From a virus, in IMG/VR virus record IMGVR_UViG_3300035187_002824, positions 4,659-68,658 of that record: DNA of 64,000 bases; one strand, 5' to 3'. Every line of letters begins with the position of its first letter. Position 1 is the stretch's first letter. The translations under genes were made by a program, and so were the position numbers. The notes beneath the pieces are model-generated. The model was not told the origin of the DNA and ran no database searches. It was given only the letters and a program-made list of their open reading frames with translations. Below are positions 30,087 through 38,822 of this stretch, one piece after another.

Positions 30087-32303
30087 TTACATTGGTATGC
30101 GTTGTGACGCATCTTCTATTGCTTTACCGGTAATCATTTCATCTGTCTTAAGCTTTGATTTTGCTGCGATCTCACGTTCTTTAACACTGGCATCTATGTT
30201 TCGCTGACCGACGTATTCAGCAAGCCTTGTGTTCATATCTTCAGCAACCTTAGCTTTAGCTTCAACTTCTTTTTGCTTATTGATTTCAGCCGACTTGATA
30301 GCAACCATTGCTTTTTCTTTAGCAAAACGTCTCAGATATGTTCCAACCTGGAATGGTGTTGATCTTCCAAATAGATCCGCCAGTATTTTATCGTCGATGA
30401 GTTGAGCTTGGTACAATTGCATAAGCATGGAGTCTGCTTGCTGCATCAGCATTTCGTTTGTATTTTCCCTGTTGACAAATATACGCATGTCTTCAAGTTG
30501 TATATCCTTGTCAAGTTTGGCAACCTTAACAAAGTCATCACCAACCCTTATAGCGAACTCTCTCTCGTTCTCAATAAAGATGTCTCTACCAACGTGTGCG
30601 TAGTAATCCATGGCAGATATATAAGCTTCTTGTATAGCATTATAGAATGGCTCCTGCATCAAGGACCCTCTCTGGAGTAGCATCTTCGTTACTCCAACCA
30701 ATTGTTCAGACCCCATTGATTCACCGCGCAAAGCTTCGTTTACTCCGGTAGCTTGCTGGATCATGTTGGCGTATCCGTTTATGATATTGAATAAGGAATA
30801 GGTTCCTTGCGGGACATTGTTGTCATACTTCTGAACCATATTCGGAACACCTCTACCCTTAGTTGTTACCTTAACCGGTCTTCCGTTCTTCATGTCAGAA
30901 AGGAATTGTATCTCATCATCTACAGCGCTTTCATCATAGAAGAAGCTGGATCCTCCAGAGTTGTTGAGTTGGCTTTCAACTACAGAATTGATTCTGTTTA
31001 TCATCTTCTGAGGATCAATAGCATCCTCGATCGGGGCTACTATTTCTCCATCTATATAAGCCCAAGTTGATATCGAGTACGGGAATGTGATGTTGTTTGG
31101 CTTCTCGTTTCTTTCACCTTGATATTGGTAAACACCATATTCAAGGACGATATCCTTAAGCTCATTTGATGGTGTCGACTGAGTAGCGATGCACTCTGAT
31201 GGTATTAAATAGCAGTAACGGAGAACATCGTATACAGACTTCCTTGTTTTCTTTGATGCATTAAGACCAAGCTTTCTTGCTTCAGCTGTATCAGGAGGAG
31301 TTACAACATCCTTATCTGTATACCTCGGTTCTGTTTCCCCGGGGTACGTGTAGTTTATTTTCTGAAGTTCGAGGTATCCATATTTGTTCTGGATATATCC
31401 CCATGTATCTTGCTGGATGTCGATCCAGAAGCAAGTGTACACAGCAATCCTTCCAGCGTCTGATTGTGATGTAGAGTTGAATGCAGATACTCCGCCGTTG
31501 GCAACAAACCTTTCGATGTTCAATCTGTCTTCCGGTTTGATGTCTTGAAAAGATTCGAATATGGAAGATGGGTCCAGCAGTGACCAGTGCCCCATGAATG
31601 AAGCATCCTTAAGATCGCTCTCCCTGGCGTTTCTATCAAAGAAGAATCGTTCAGATTCAAGTACTGTTGTCTTCAGGAATGTACCATGATTATAATGGTG
31701 CATTACAACGGCTCCGGAGAACGCAAGGTTCTCTGCCATCTTCAGCTGTTTCTTTGTCAAATCATTTTCTTTGGCAATATGCTGAATGAGATGCGTTATC
31801 ATCTCTGAGTAGTTGTCGACGTATTCGTTTATGAATATCTGATATGTCTCCTCACTTGTTTTTCCTACGTTGAAGTTCTTTCTTATACCTTCAGAGAAAG
31901 TAGGTATCTCATTCTGAAGTCTAGTCATGAACATCTTATCTTCAAGAGCCTGGTCCATCCTTGTCTTTACACGAGGAGAGATGCTTCTTGCTGAAGCATT
32001 CATATTAAGGAGTATCGAATTACCTCGGTAGTTCTCAACGAGTGGACGTATTGTGTTTTGAACAATGCGCATACGTGTGGCAACTTCTCCAGATTCGTCG
32101 GTAAGGAATGAGTCGATATCTTCTTTCTCCCACTGGTTGCCCTTATAGAACTCCTTATGTCTCTTGATTTTTTCAAGCCATTTATTATGCCTCCAGTCGG
32201 AAGCTTGTCCTAAATAGAATCTGCAGAACTTTGAGTGATAGGTCTCGTCTTTTGTATCAGAGATCCTGTTCGGCCTGGTTGATATTTGGAGTGCAGATGA
32301 CAT
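30087..32303 (-). CDS. portal protein
   Basis: 738 aa; FYKGNQW, NTIRPLV, DPQKMINR..S, ATGVNEALRG are P22/crAss-type portal hallmarks. Confidence 0.9.
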   Translation of the reverse strand: MSSALQISTRPNRISDTKDETYHSKFCRFYLGQASDWRHNKWLEKIKRHKEFYKGNQWEKEDIDSFLTDESGEVATRMRIVQNTIRPLVENYRGNSILLNMNASARSISPRVKTRMDQALEDKMFMTRLQNEIPTFSEGIRKNFNVGKTSEETYQIFINEYVDNYSEMITHLIQHIAKENDLTKKQLKMAENLAFSGAVVMHHYNHGTFLKTTVLESERFFFDRNARESDLKDASFMGHWSLLDPSSIFESFQDIKPEDRLNIERFVANGGVSAFNSTSQSDAGRIAVYTCFWIDIQQDTWGYIQNKYGYLELQKINYTYPGETEPRYTDKDVVTPPDTAEARKLGLNASKKTRKSVYDVLRYCYLIPSECIATQSTPSNELKDIVLEYGVYQYQGERNEKPNNITFPYSISTWAYIDGEIVAPIEDAIDPQKMINRINSVVESQLNNSGGSSFFYDESAVDDEIQFLSDMKNGRPVKVTTKGRGVPNMVQKYDNNVPQGTYSLFNIINGYANMIQQATGVNEALRGESMGSEQLVGVTKMLLQRGSLMQEPFYNAIQEAYISAMDYYAHVGRDIFIENEREFAIRVGDDFVKVAKLDKDIQLEDMRIFVNRENTNEMLMQQADSMLMQLYQAQLIDDKILADLFGRSTPFQVGTYLRRFAKEKAMVAIKSAEINKQKEVEAKAKVAEDMNTRLAEYVGQRNIDASVKEREIAAKSKLKTDEMITGKAIEDASQRIPM

Positions 32304-32911
32304 TATGTTTTATTTTTGACGTAGTGTTCGATCCTGTTAATAAACTTGGACTCCTGTGCTACTGATACTTCTTTTGTTGAGTACCCTTCCTCTTGCTTCT
32401 TTATCAGCTTATCAAGGTCTTCGGCAATATCAAGCATCGTTTGTGAGTATGCTCTTTTCTTTGCCCAGTCAAGTTCTCCGGAAGCATTCTTAAACATGTT
32501 GTCATCCGGTCTTTCATCAATGATTGACTCAAGATTGCTGACGATTTTATTCAATGCTACCTTGGCTCTTACCCTTGCAAGTGTGTTAAAAGAACGCATT
32601 CGAGATATAGCCTCGTTGATTATAGTAGGGAATCTCTTGTTCATGTATTCATTCTTTAGCTTATCGCTGAATGAATAATGCATATTGTCTTCAATATGTT
32701 CTATAGATATCCTTACCCTCTCCTCGTCGACATCAACTCCATTCATTAATAAAGGTGATGAAGAGCATGCGTACAAGTAAACAAAGATTAGCTCATACGC
32801 TTTGAGTTGCTTGAACTCAGGATATGATGAAAGCTCTGGATACTCAGATAAGAGTGCATACCCGGTTGACGGGAAGAACACCCTCATTCTTTCAATCTCT
32901 TCTTTAGTCAT
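32303..32911 (-). CDS. hypothetical packaging-region protein
   Basis: Coupled between terminase and portal. Confidence 0.6.
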   Translation of the reverse strand: MTKEEIERMRVFFPSTGYALLSEYPELSSYPEFKQLKAYELIFVYLYACSSSPLLMNGVDVDEERVRISIEHIEDNMHYSFSDKLKNEYMNKRFPTIINEAISRMRSFNTLARVRAKVALNKIVSNLESIIDERPDDNMFKNASGELDWAKKRAYSQTMLDIAEDLDKLIKKQEEGYSTKEVSVAQESKFINRIEHYVKNKT

Positions 32912-35240
32912 ACATCTTCACCTTTACTTGTTGTCTGTAAAGAGTTCCATCAGGATTCCTCTTTAGCACATGTCGGTACCTTACATTGGTCTCAGAGGTT
33001 TTAACTTCCTCGATATTAACCGGCTCTCTACCTACGCTTAAAGCGCAAATATACGAATAAACTACTGCAAACAAAACGTCATCAGGGTAGTTGCGCTTAT
33101 CCACTGATCCCCAGGTTTCATTCCCCTTGTCGGTCATTGATACTACGAATGTCCTCAACTGGTCCCATATATCTCTTATGTAGATTCTGTCACCATATGT
33201 TACAAGTAGTTCATGCAGGTAGTTGATTATTATTCTGTTACGGCCTCTGTGGTTGTCTATACCTTTGTTCATCCCTCCTCCTTGTAAGGATTCGATAAGC
33301 TCTGTATTGTAAAGCACGCTGTGTTTATCCCCCTTCAATTCAACGTAGTCCATGTAGTTTTGACCTACGTTACCCTCTACAAGTTCTCTTATTCGCTTCT
33401 TGTTCGGGGTGGTGTTGTAGTATAATCCGGCCAAGTAAACCTGTAGGTATGTATTCTTATGGTTCGATTCCCGGTAATTAACGATACATGCTACTGTCTT
33501 GTATAAGTGATCCCATATTGATGTTGCCATTTTTGACACACCATTATCAGAAGACACAGGGTCAGTTCCTTGGTAGAACCGGTGATCATACTTACGGTTG
33601 TTCTGTATAAACATCACAGCACTTGCGCGAGGATCTCCTACTTCTGTGGGGATAAACTCAGCGCCTATTATATCGTATGGAGTATCGCTGTTTTCACCGC
33701 ACGGTTTTGAGTAGTCATATATTGGCTCGAAGTATCCATGCCTTGGCCTTTGATTATGAGGCATGTCATTGATCTTCTTGATGTTTTTGTTTATGTATGT
33801 TGACGGAACAATGGTCTTGTGTGATGATAGGAACATGTCCTCTATACAATCAGGATATGCCTGACGGAATTGAACCATTCGCTCTTCAGCTTCAGGACCG
33901 TCTATGGTATAAGCTTTCTTCTCAGATTCATAAAACTCCTTCGTTATTCCCGGGCGTGTTGTCCAGTCAAAGAACAATGGTATGATACCATAAGAGAAGT
34001 CTCTTTCTTTCCACTTCTTAATGGTGTTCATGTACTCAATCTCATAAGCTTTCCCGGCCCGGTCCATCTCTCCTCCGGTACCCCAGATGATTATTTGTCT
34101 CTGCATTTCGAGAGCACCTGTAACGGTGTTCTTTCTGTACATTGTCGGACGGGCCTCCTTAATCATCTTACCTAACATGGAGATGTATCCGGCCTCGTCT
34201 ATAAGGACAAGTTGCGGAGATCCACCATTGATGGCTCCTACTGATGGAGGTACGATAAGGAGTTCCGAGTTTAATCCGTCGATCTTACCTTTCTCTGTCT
34301 TTGATTTGAATGATATCTTGTTGTCTGTATCGTTATAAACCTTTGGCCTCATCCATACCGGCAACTCGGAGAATGGGTATTTCACCTTATGGGAGAAGAT
34401 CTCCTGTACTTTTGCCTCGTCCTGGGCTATGAACTTTATGAAGAAGTTTTGATTGAATATAAGCTTCTTGAGTGATAGTGCACCAATGGTTGTGGTAGCA
34501 GCAATCTGCCTTGGCTTACCCATCTCAAAGCTGTATCCACAATCGAATAGGAATGCTATTACTTTGTGTACTGGAGCAGAACGATACTGCATGTATCCAT
34601 CATCAAGGTCACCTTCTTTAACGTGGATGTACCTGTCAAGGAAATAGTATGAGTTCTCGTCGCACCGGAACAGCTCTGAATCAATGTAGCTTTCCATGTC
34701 TGGCTCGGTGGTACAGTCAGATATTGACCGATCTTCCGATAGCCATATCTCAGCCTGCTTACAATACAGCTCGAATGGTTTGTATCTAACCATGGATTGA
34801 AAGCCTTCGTTAATGCTATCGATCCATGCTACAAATTCTTTGTCGTGATTTATTCTGTCTTTCGGGAACCAGTCTGCTTTCCTGATTTCCTTACCACCTC
34901 CATGGATTGTTTTGTTTACAAGATCCTGTATTACATCATCATTAGCAACGACTTCAACAAGAGATCTTCCGGAGTTTATTCCATTGCCTTCAATGATGGA
35001 AATGAATTCGTCCGCTATTTTTGATTCCTCGGTAACAGCAACTACCGATTCATCAATCTTAATTTCTTTTTCTTTTACAGGCTCTTCAGAACGGCTAAAG
35101 CCGTACTGTTCAAGTACGGCTTGCTGTTCTGCGCTTATCGGCAATCCTTGTTCTTTCAGGAACTGAATAAACTCGGCATGCCTTTCTGCTGCTTTTTGTT
35201 TATTGTTCAGCGCTTGCTTCTGTGTTTTCTGCATTTGCAC
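32904..35240 (-). CDS. terL: terminase large subunit
   Basis: GKPRQIAATT Walker A, LVLIDEAG Walker B, WGTGG coupling motif, GTDP and DDVLFA nuclease acidic motifs. Confidence 0.9.
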   Translation of the reverse strand: MQMQKTQKQALNNKQKAAERHAEFIQFLKEQGLPISAEQQAVLEQYGFSRSEEPVKEKEIKIDESVVAVTEESKIADEFISIIEGNGINSGRSLVEVVANDDVIQDLVNKTIHGGGKEIRKADWFPKDRINHDKEFVAWIDSINEGFQSMVRYKPFELYCKQAEIWLSEDRSISDCTTEPDMESYIDSELFRCDENSYYFLDRYIHVKEGDLDDGYMQYRSAPVHKVIAFLFDCGYSFEMGKPRQIAATTTIGALSLKKLIFNQNFFIKFIAQDEAKVQEIFSHKVKYPFSELPVWMRPKVYNDTDNKISFKSKTEKGKIDGLNSELLIVPPSVGAINGGSPQLVLIDEAGYISMLGKMIKEARPTMYRKNTVTGALEMQRQIIIWGTGGEMDRAGKAYEIEYMNTIKKWKERDFSYGIIPLFFDWTTRPGITKEFYESEKKAYTIDGPEAEERMVQFRQAYPDCIEDMFLSSHKTIVPSTYINKNIKKINDMPHNQRPRHGYFEPIYDYSKPCGENSDTPYDIIGAEFIPTEVGDPRASAVMFIQNNRKYDHRFYQGTDPVSSDNGVSKMATSIWDHLYKTVACIVNYRESNHKNTYLQVYLAGLYYNTTPNKKRIRELVEGNVGQNYMDYVELKGDKHSVLYNTELIESLQGGGMNKGIDNHRGRNRIIINYLHELLVTYGDRIYIRDIWDQLRTFVVSMTDKGNETWGSVDKRNYPDDVLFAVVYSYICALSVGREPVNIEEVKTSETNVRYRHVLKRNPDGTLYRQQVKVKMYD

Positions 35241-36177
35241 TTTCAGTGTTTGATGCTTCAGTATCAGGAGCGTTCACCGGTCCTGGTTCACCAACTGGTA
35301 ATTCAGATTCCGGTTCATCGCTGGTTGAATCTTCTTCAACGTCGATAATGACAGGAGGCTCTGGTGTTTCGTCTGTTTTTGGTTCTCCTCCCATAAGTGG
35401 GCCAAGGAGCTCCCCTCCTGATTCACTCAGCTTCTCTTCGAATTCATCAAAAGAATCCTTCTCTTTATTGAAGTCAAATGAATTACCAAGGTCTTTTACC
35501 CAGTCTTTAACTGAGTCGATTTCAGATTGGATCGAATCAAAGTCGATATCCAAAGGCTTGGCATCCGTTCCGAGGATAATCTTCTTACCAAACGTCTCGT
35601 AGGTAAGTTTCGAGATCTCAGCAAGAACGCGGTTGGTAACCTGTTCTGTGACCGTAGCATGGATGCTTGCGGTTATTTTACCGGTGGCAGATGTGAGGTC
35701 TTTGTACTCTTGCTTTACTGCACCTCCTGATTCACCAAAAGCAGAGAAAGAAACTTCCTCGTAAATCTTCTGGATCTTCATAACCGGTGTTTCAAAAAGG
35801 TCATTGATCTCTTTTGAGATGGATGTGTAATGCGCTGAAAGTTTTGCGCGGCCAATGAGAAGCTCATTTCGAATGGCTTCGATTTGTGATAAGAAATTGA
35901 TTGCTTGCATATAGTTGATTTTAAACCACTTATCTAAAGGACACTGCGATTGTAGGGACCGGCATTTGGCAGCAAGAGGGCAGCCACATTCAGAGCATTT
36001 GTATTCGCTCATACCTGTGTCTTCGAGTTTCCTTGTTATTGAATTGAATATGAATTTAGGTAAAAGCTTTGGCTTATCGCATTCACTGCAGATCTTAGCT
36101 CTTTCAATAGCTACTGCGTCTACCTGTTTATTGGGTATCGCATTGTTTTTCCAGCCTTCTATAATTTCTTTTACCAT
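35200..36177 (-). CDS. Zn-finger protein with acidic C-terminal tail
   Basis: ICSEC...CSECGCPLAAKCRS..SQCPLDKW; possible internal start MQAINF. Confidence 0.55.
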   Translation of the reverse strand: MVKEIIEGWKNNAIPNKQVDAVAIERAKICSECDKPKLLPKFIFNSITRKLEDTGMSEYKCSECGCPLAAKCRSLQSQCPLDKWFKINYMQAINFLSQIEAIRNELLIGRAKLSAHYTSISKEINDLFETPVMKIQKIYEEVSFSAFGESGGAVKQEYKDLTSATGKITASIHATVTEQVTNRVLAEISKLTYETFGKKIILGTDAKPLDIDFDSIQSEIDSVKDWVKDLGNSFDFNKEKDSFDEFEEKLSESGGELLGPLMGGEPKTDETPEPPVIIDVEEDSTSDEPESELPVGEPGPVNAPDTEASNTESANAENTEASAEQ

Positions 36178-36189
36178 ACTTCCTTCCCG

Positions 36190-36465
36190 TTAGGGGTAAG
36201 CCCCTACTATGCCGGGGCCTACAAATTTGGGCCGATCAAGCTGCGATGCGGGTAGCACGCGTAGCGATCATGTTGACAGTGTTGTCAGTTATTTTTCAAT
36301 ACACTCTCCTATGCTCTTTCATCAAATGTCAAATCCAGTCGGCCCCAATGTTAAATTTTTAACAACCGATTTGTGTGCGCATATGCGTAACCGGTTTTAT
36401 TGGTGGAGCCGGAGGGGATCGAACCCTCGTCCAAAAGATTTCCAAACACAATCAACGAACGTATC
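36190..36465 (-). ncRNA. ssrA: circularly permuted two-piece tmRNA gene (acceptor piece 36465-36401, intervening segment 36400-36347, coding piece from 36346; 3' end approximate)
   Basis: GACGAGGGTTCGATCCCCTCCGGCTCCACCA lies upstream of GGGGCCGACTGGATTTGAC; 7-bp acceptor stem with G3.U; ATAACT resume context then DNTVNMIATRATRIAA*. Confidence 0.9.
36236..36286 (-). other. tmRNA tag reading frame (A)DNTVNMIATRATRIAA*
   Basis: GAC AAC ACT GTC AAC ATG ATC GCT ACG CGT GCT ACC CGC ATC GCA GCT TGA after AAAAATAACT; ends in Ala-Ala. Confidence 0.85.
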
Positions 36466-36469
36466 TGTG

Positions 36470-36477
36470 CAAATGTA
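36470..36477 (-). promoter_or_regulatory. tmRNA promoter -7 element TACATTTG
   Basis: TAnnTTTG 4 nt before the first paired base of the acceptor piece. Confidence 0.7.
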
Positions 36478-36489
36478 CGTTATGTTTTG

Positions 36490-36497
36490 TACTTTTG
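36490..36497 (+). promoter_or_regulatory. divergent -7 element TACTTTTG
   Basis: TAnnTTTG upstream of the ATG at 36519. Confidence 0.5.
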
Positions 36498-36518
36498 TTT
36501 CAAATTAAATTCGATTTT

Positions 36519-36791
36519 ATGAGTGATACCTGCGCATGCGGTTCCGGGAAGATGAATCAAAAGTTTCTTTTCTCTGACAAAGCTGTTGATACTAAGCCAG
36601 TTAACCCTGACTTCGTTATTACGTTTGAGAAAAACAATGATTCTGCAAATGTGAAAGGAAAGTACCAGATCATCTTTGCTGTCGCAGATCAAGGAACTAA
36701 AGCCAGGGATATTATTTGGTATTTCGTGGAAGAGGAAGACCGGAATAAAGCTTACGACAACATAAAATGTCTGCTTGGTTTTCCAGTTTAA
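36519..36791 (+). CDS. hypothetical protein
   Basis: Start MSDTCACGS; the longer ORF-track start overlaps the tmRNA. Confidence 0.6.
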   Translation: MSDTCACGSGKMNQKFLFSDKAVDTKPVNPDFVITFEKNNDSANVKGKYQIIFAVADQGTKARDIIWYFVEEEDRNKAYDNIKCLLGFPV

Positions 36792-36796
36792 TTTAA

Positions 36797-36804
36797 TATC
36801 TTTG
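36797..36804 (+). promoter_or_regulatory. -7 element TATCTTTG
   Basis: Intergenic TAnnTTTG upstream of 36837. Confidence 0.55.
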
Positions 36805-36836
36805 CTACCATTGTTGTTTTATAAAACATTTTTGAC

Positions 36837-37103
36837 ATGAGCGCTATTGCCAAACCTTTCGTACATTCATCCGGAGCAGGAGTTTTATCTGCTAACCCAG
36901 TAGCAATCGAGGAGATTGCCGGGTTTTCAAAAGGAACTCGCGTTGCCCAGCCAGGGTCTGCACCTGAGGCTTACACTATTGATTTTTCCATGAAGACTGT
37001 GGATCACAAACCTTCAGGTTCTGTTCAGTGGGTGTTCTCAAGTGAGGTGACTCGCGATGCAAAGTTCACTGCACTTCAAACTGCTGTGTCCACCGCGATC
37101 TAA
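36837..37103 (+). CDS. hypothetical protein, possible distant paralog of 36519-36791
   Basis: Shared pattern PV....I..F.K...Y.I.F......W.F..E..RD/N. Confidence 0.6.
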   Translation: MSAIAKPFVHSSGAGVLSANPVAIEEIAGFSKGTRVAQPGSAPEAYTIDFSMKTVDHKPSGSVQWVFSSEVTRDAKFTALQTAVSTAI

Positions 37104-37124
37104 GGATCTTCGATCTTTGAAAAG

Positions 37125-37153
37125 AAAAAGCCAGGTTTTATTCCTGGCTTTTT
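37125..37153. terminator. intrinsic terminator
   Basis: AAAAAGCCAGG-ttttatt-CCTGGCTTTTT. Confidence 0.75.
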
Positions 37154-37184
37154 TATTTTAACAACTTGTTAAAATTTTAACATT

Positions 37185-37484
37185 ATGATGTTTTTTGTGC
37201 GACTACAGGGCGAGGATGGAAAGTTCCGCAATTACGAGATGTCAGTATTTGATGTCTCTATCATACGTCCAATCGATGAAAACAATATCGATAAAGGAAC
37301 TGAGATAACAACCACAAGAGGGTTTACATACATCTCAAACCAACCGATCGATATCATCATGCTTGAGAAAAGGAAAGTGGAGAGCGAGTACTCAACCAAG
37401 ATACTGCTGGCTATCGCTTCCGGAAAGGTGGAAACGGACGGTCCTGAACCGAAAACAACACGTCGACGTACCAAACGGACATAG
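37185..37484 (+). CDS. hypothetical protein
   Basis: 99 aa, basic C-terminal tail. Confidence 0.55.
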   Translation: MMFFVRLQGEDGKFRNYEMSVFDVSIIRPIDENNIDKGTEITTTRGFTYISNQPIDIIMLEKRKVESEYSTKILLAIASGKVETDGPEPKTTRRRTKRT

Positions 37485-37876
37485 TATCCCATTGTGTGTT
37501 GATTGATGTCCTGAAAAAAGTTGGTCCTTTAAATCAGTTTTTCCTTGTAGATACTTGTATCTGGTATCCGTGTGACTTCCTTCGGAGGGAGGGTTTCAGA
37601 GAGGGACGGTAGAATAAGAGTATGAAATATCCACACCTCTCCATTCTACCTCTTCCTTACGTCGGGATGGGAACGTCGATATAAGACAGGCTGCGGCAGG
37701 AAAGAGTACGAGTCCATGCACCGCATTTAAAAAGTTATTTGACACCGTGGCCACAACGTACCATCCGGAAATATCAAAACGAATGAGGGTGACCACCGCC
37801 TTCCTTGTGAGTTGGCTGAGCTTTTCTTGTATTGAAATCCTTGCAAGCGTAAAAAGGATCGCTTATGTAAGCGACC

Positions 37877-38122
37877 TTATGTATCGAATAATCCTTCTTG
37901 AATTGCTCCAGGCTCCTGGAGTTTGCCGGTTCCAAGATCAAGATTGTCGGTATCCACTACAATATCTATTCCGCAGATAGCCTCTCTGTTCTTTTCACTG
38001 ACAGGTATGAACTTAATGTAATCCCCGTTCATGTCGGATATGCGGGTGAATGGGATGAAGAATCCTCCTCGTCCATCAACCTGCTGTATCTCTACTCTAC
38101 TAAAACTCAAACGTACTTTCAT
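37877..38122 (-). CDS. hypothetical protein
   Basis: 81 aa, AT-rich leader, ends QEGLFDT. Confidence 0.5.
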   Translation of the reverse strand: MKVRLSFSRVEIQQVDGRGGFFIPFTRISDMNGDYIKFIPVSEKNREAICGIDIVVDTDNLDLGTGKLQEPGAIQEGLFDT

Positions 38123-38229
38123 ACAATATTAAAAGAAAAGCCCCCGATTGCACAAACCACTAAAATGCTCTCGGGGGCTAGAAGAACCATTTGGTTCAGC
38201 GGGGGCTCTTAAAAGTGGTTAACTTTTTG

Positions 38230-38301
38230 TAGCGGGAGACGGATTCGAACCGCCGGCCTTCGAGTTATGAGCCCGACGAGCTACCGCTGCTCTATCCCGC
38301 T
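38230..38301 (-). tRNA. tRNA-Met(CAT), initiator-like, CCA not encoded
   Basis: AGCGGGA/TCCCGCT acceptor stem, GAGC..GGTA.GCTC D arm, TCGGG-CTCATAA-CTCGA anticodon arm, GGCGG-TTCGAAT-CCGTC T arm. Confidence 0.9.
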
Positions 38302-38305
38302 GAAA

Positions 38306-38313
38306 CAAAATTA
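38306..38313 (-). promoter_or_regulatory. -7 element TAATTTTG for tRNA-Met
   Basis: TAnnTTTG 4 nt upstream of tRNA position 1. Confidence 0.6.
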
Positions 38314-38357
38314 CATCTTTTTCCGTAAATCCAAATAAACAACATCAAAAAAATATC

Positions 38358-38822
38358 ATGAATCGTAAAATAGATTTCAGAACATTAAGAAAACCAGTCG
38401 ATTATCTCGTCGAAGAAATGATTGGAATGCAATTCCAAATCAATAAGCAGCAGGAATTAATCGAGGAACTATGTAATGATGCAATCAATCATGGGGCAAG
38501 TATATCTACGGAACCATTCATTCCGGAATACATATGCATGCAGCATACATATGTTGAAGATAAAGAGACGGGATCACGCGATTCAATGTACATCTATAAG
38601 GAAGATGATCTTGAGATCGCAATTACAAAACATCCTATCAGCGTAGCTACCGGGGAAAACCTCGAAGAGAATAACACTTCTTGGATAGTAACGAGCAGCG
38701 TTATTAGTCCTATTGTAATAAAGATCGAGAACATGCTTGACGCGATCCACATGATGAAGATCCTCGGAAGCAAGAGAATAACTATCGATAACTACATAAC
38801 CGGGAAACTCTGTGTGAAATGA
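38358..38822 (+). CDS. hypothetical protein
   Basis: 154-aa ORF with A-rich leader. Confidence 0.6.
   Translation: MNRKIDFRTLRKPVDYLVEEMIGMQFQINKQQELIEELCNDAINHGASISTEPFIPEYICMQHTYVEDKETGSRDSMYIYKEDDLEIAITKHPISVATGENLEENNTSWIVTSSVISPIVIKIENMLDAIHMMKILGSKRITIDNYITGKLCVK

Noticed and set aside
36401-36440. tmRNA 3' end as an attP integration fragment
   Set aside because: A matching 5' half, tag frame, inter-piece helices and a promoter are all present, and no integrase is adjacent
36209-36508. ORF-track 99-aa ORF and the 5' extension of 36375-36791
   Set aside because: Antisense to the tmRNA; WWSRRGSNPRP is the typical translation of a reverse-complemented T arm
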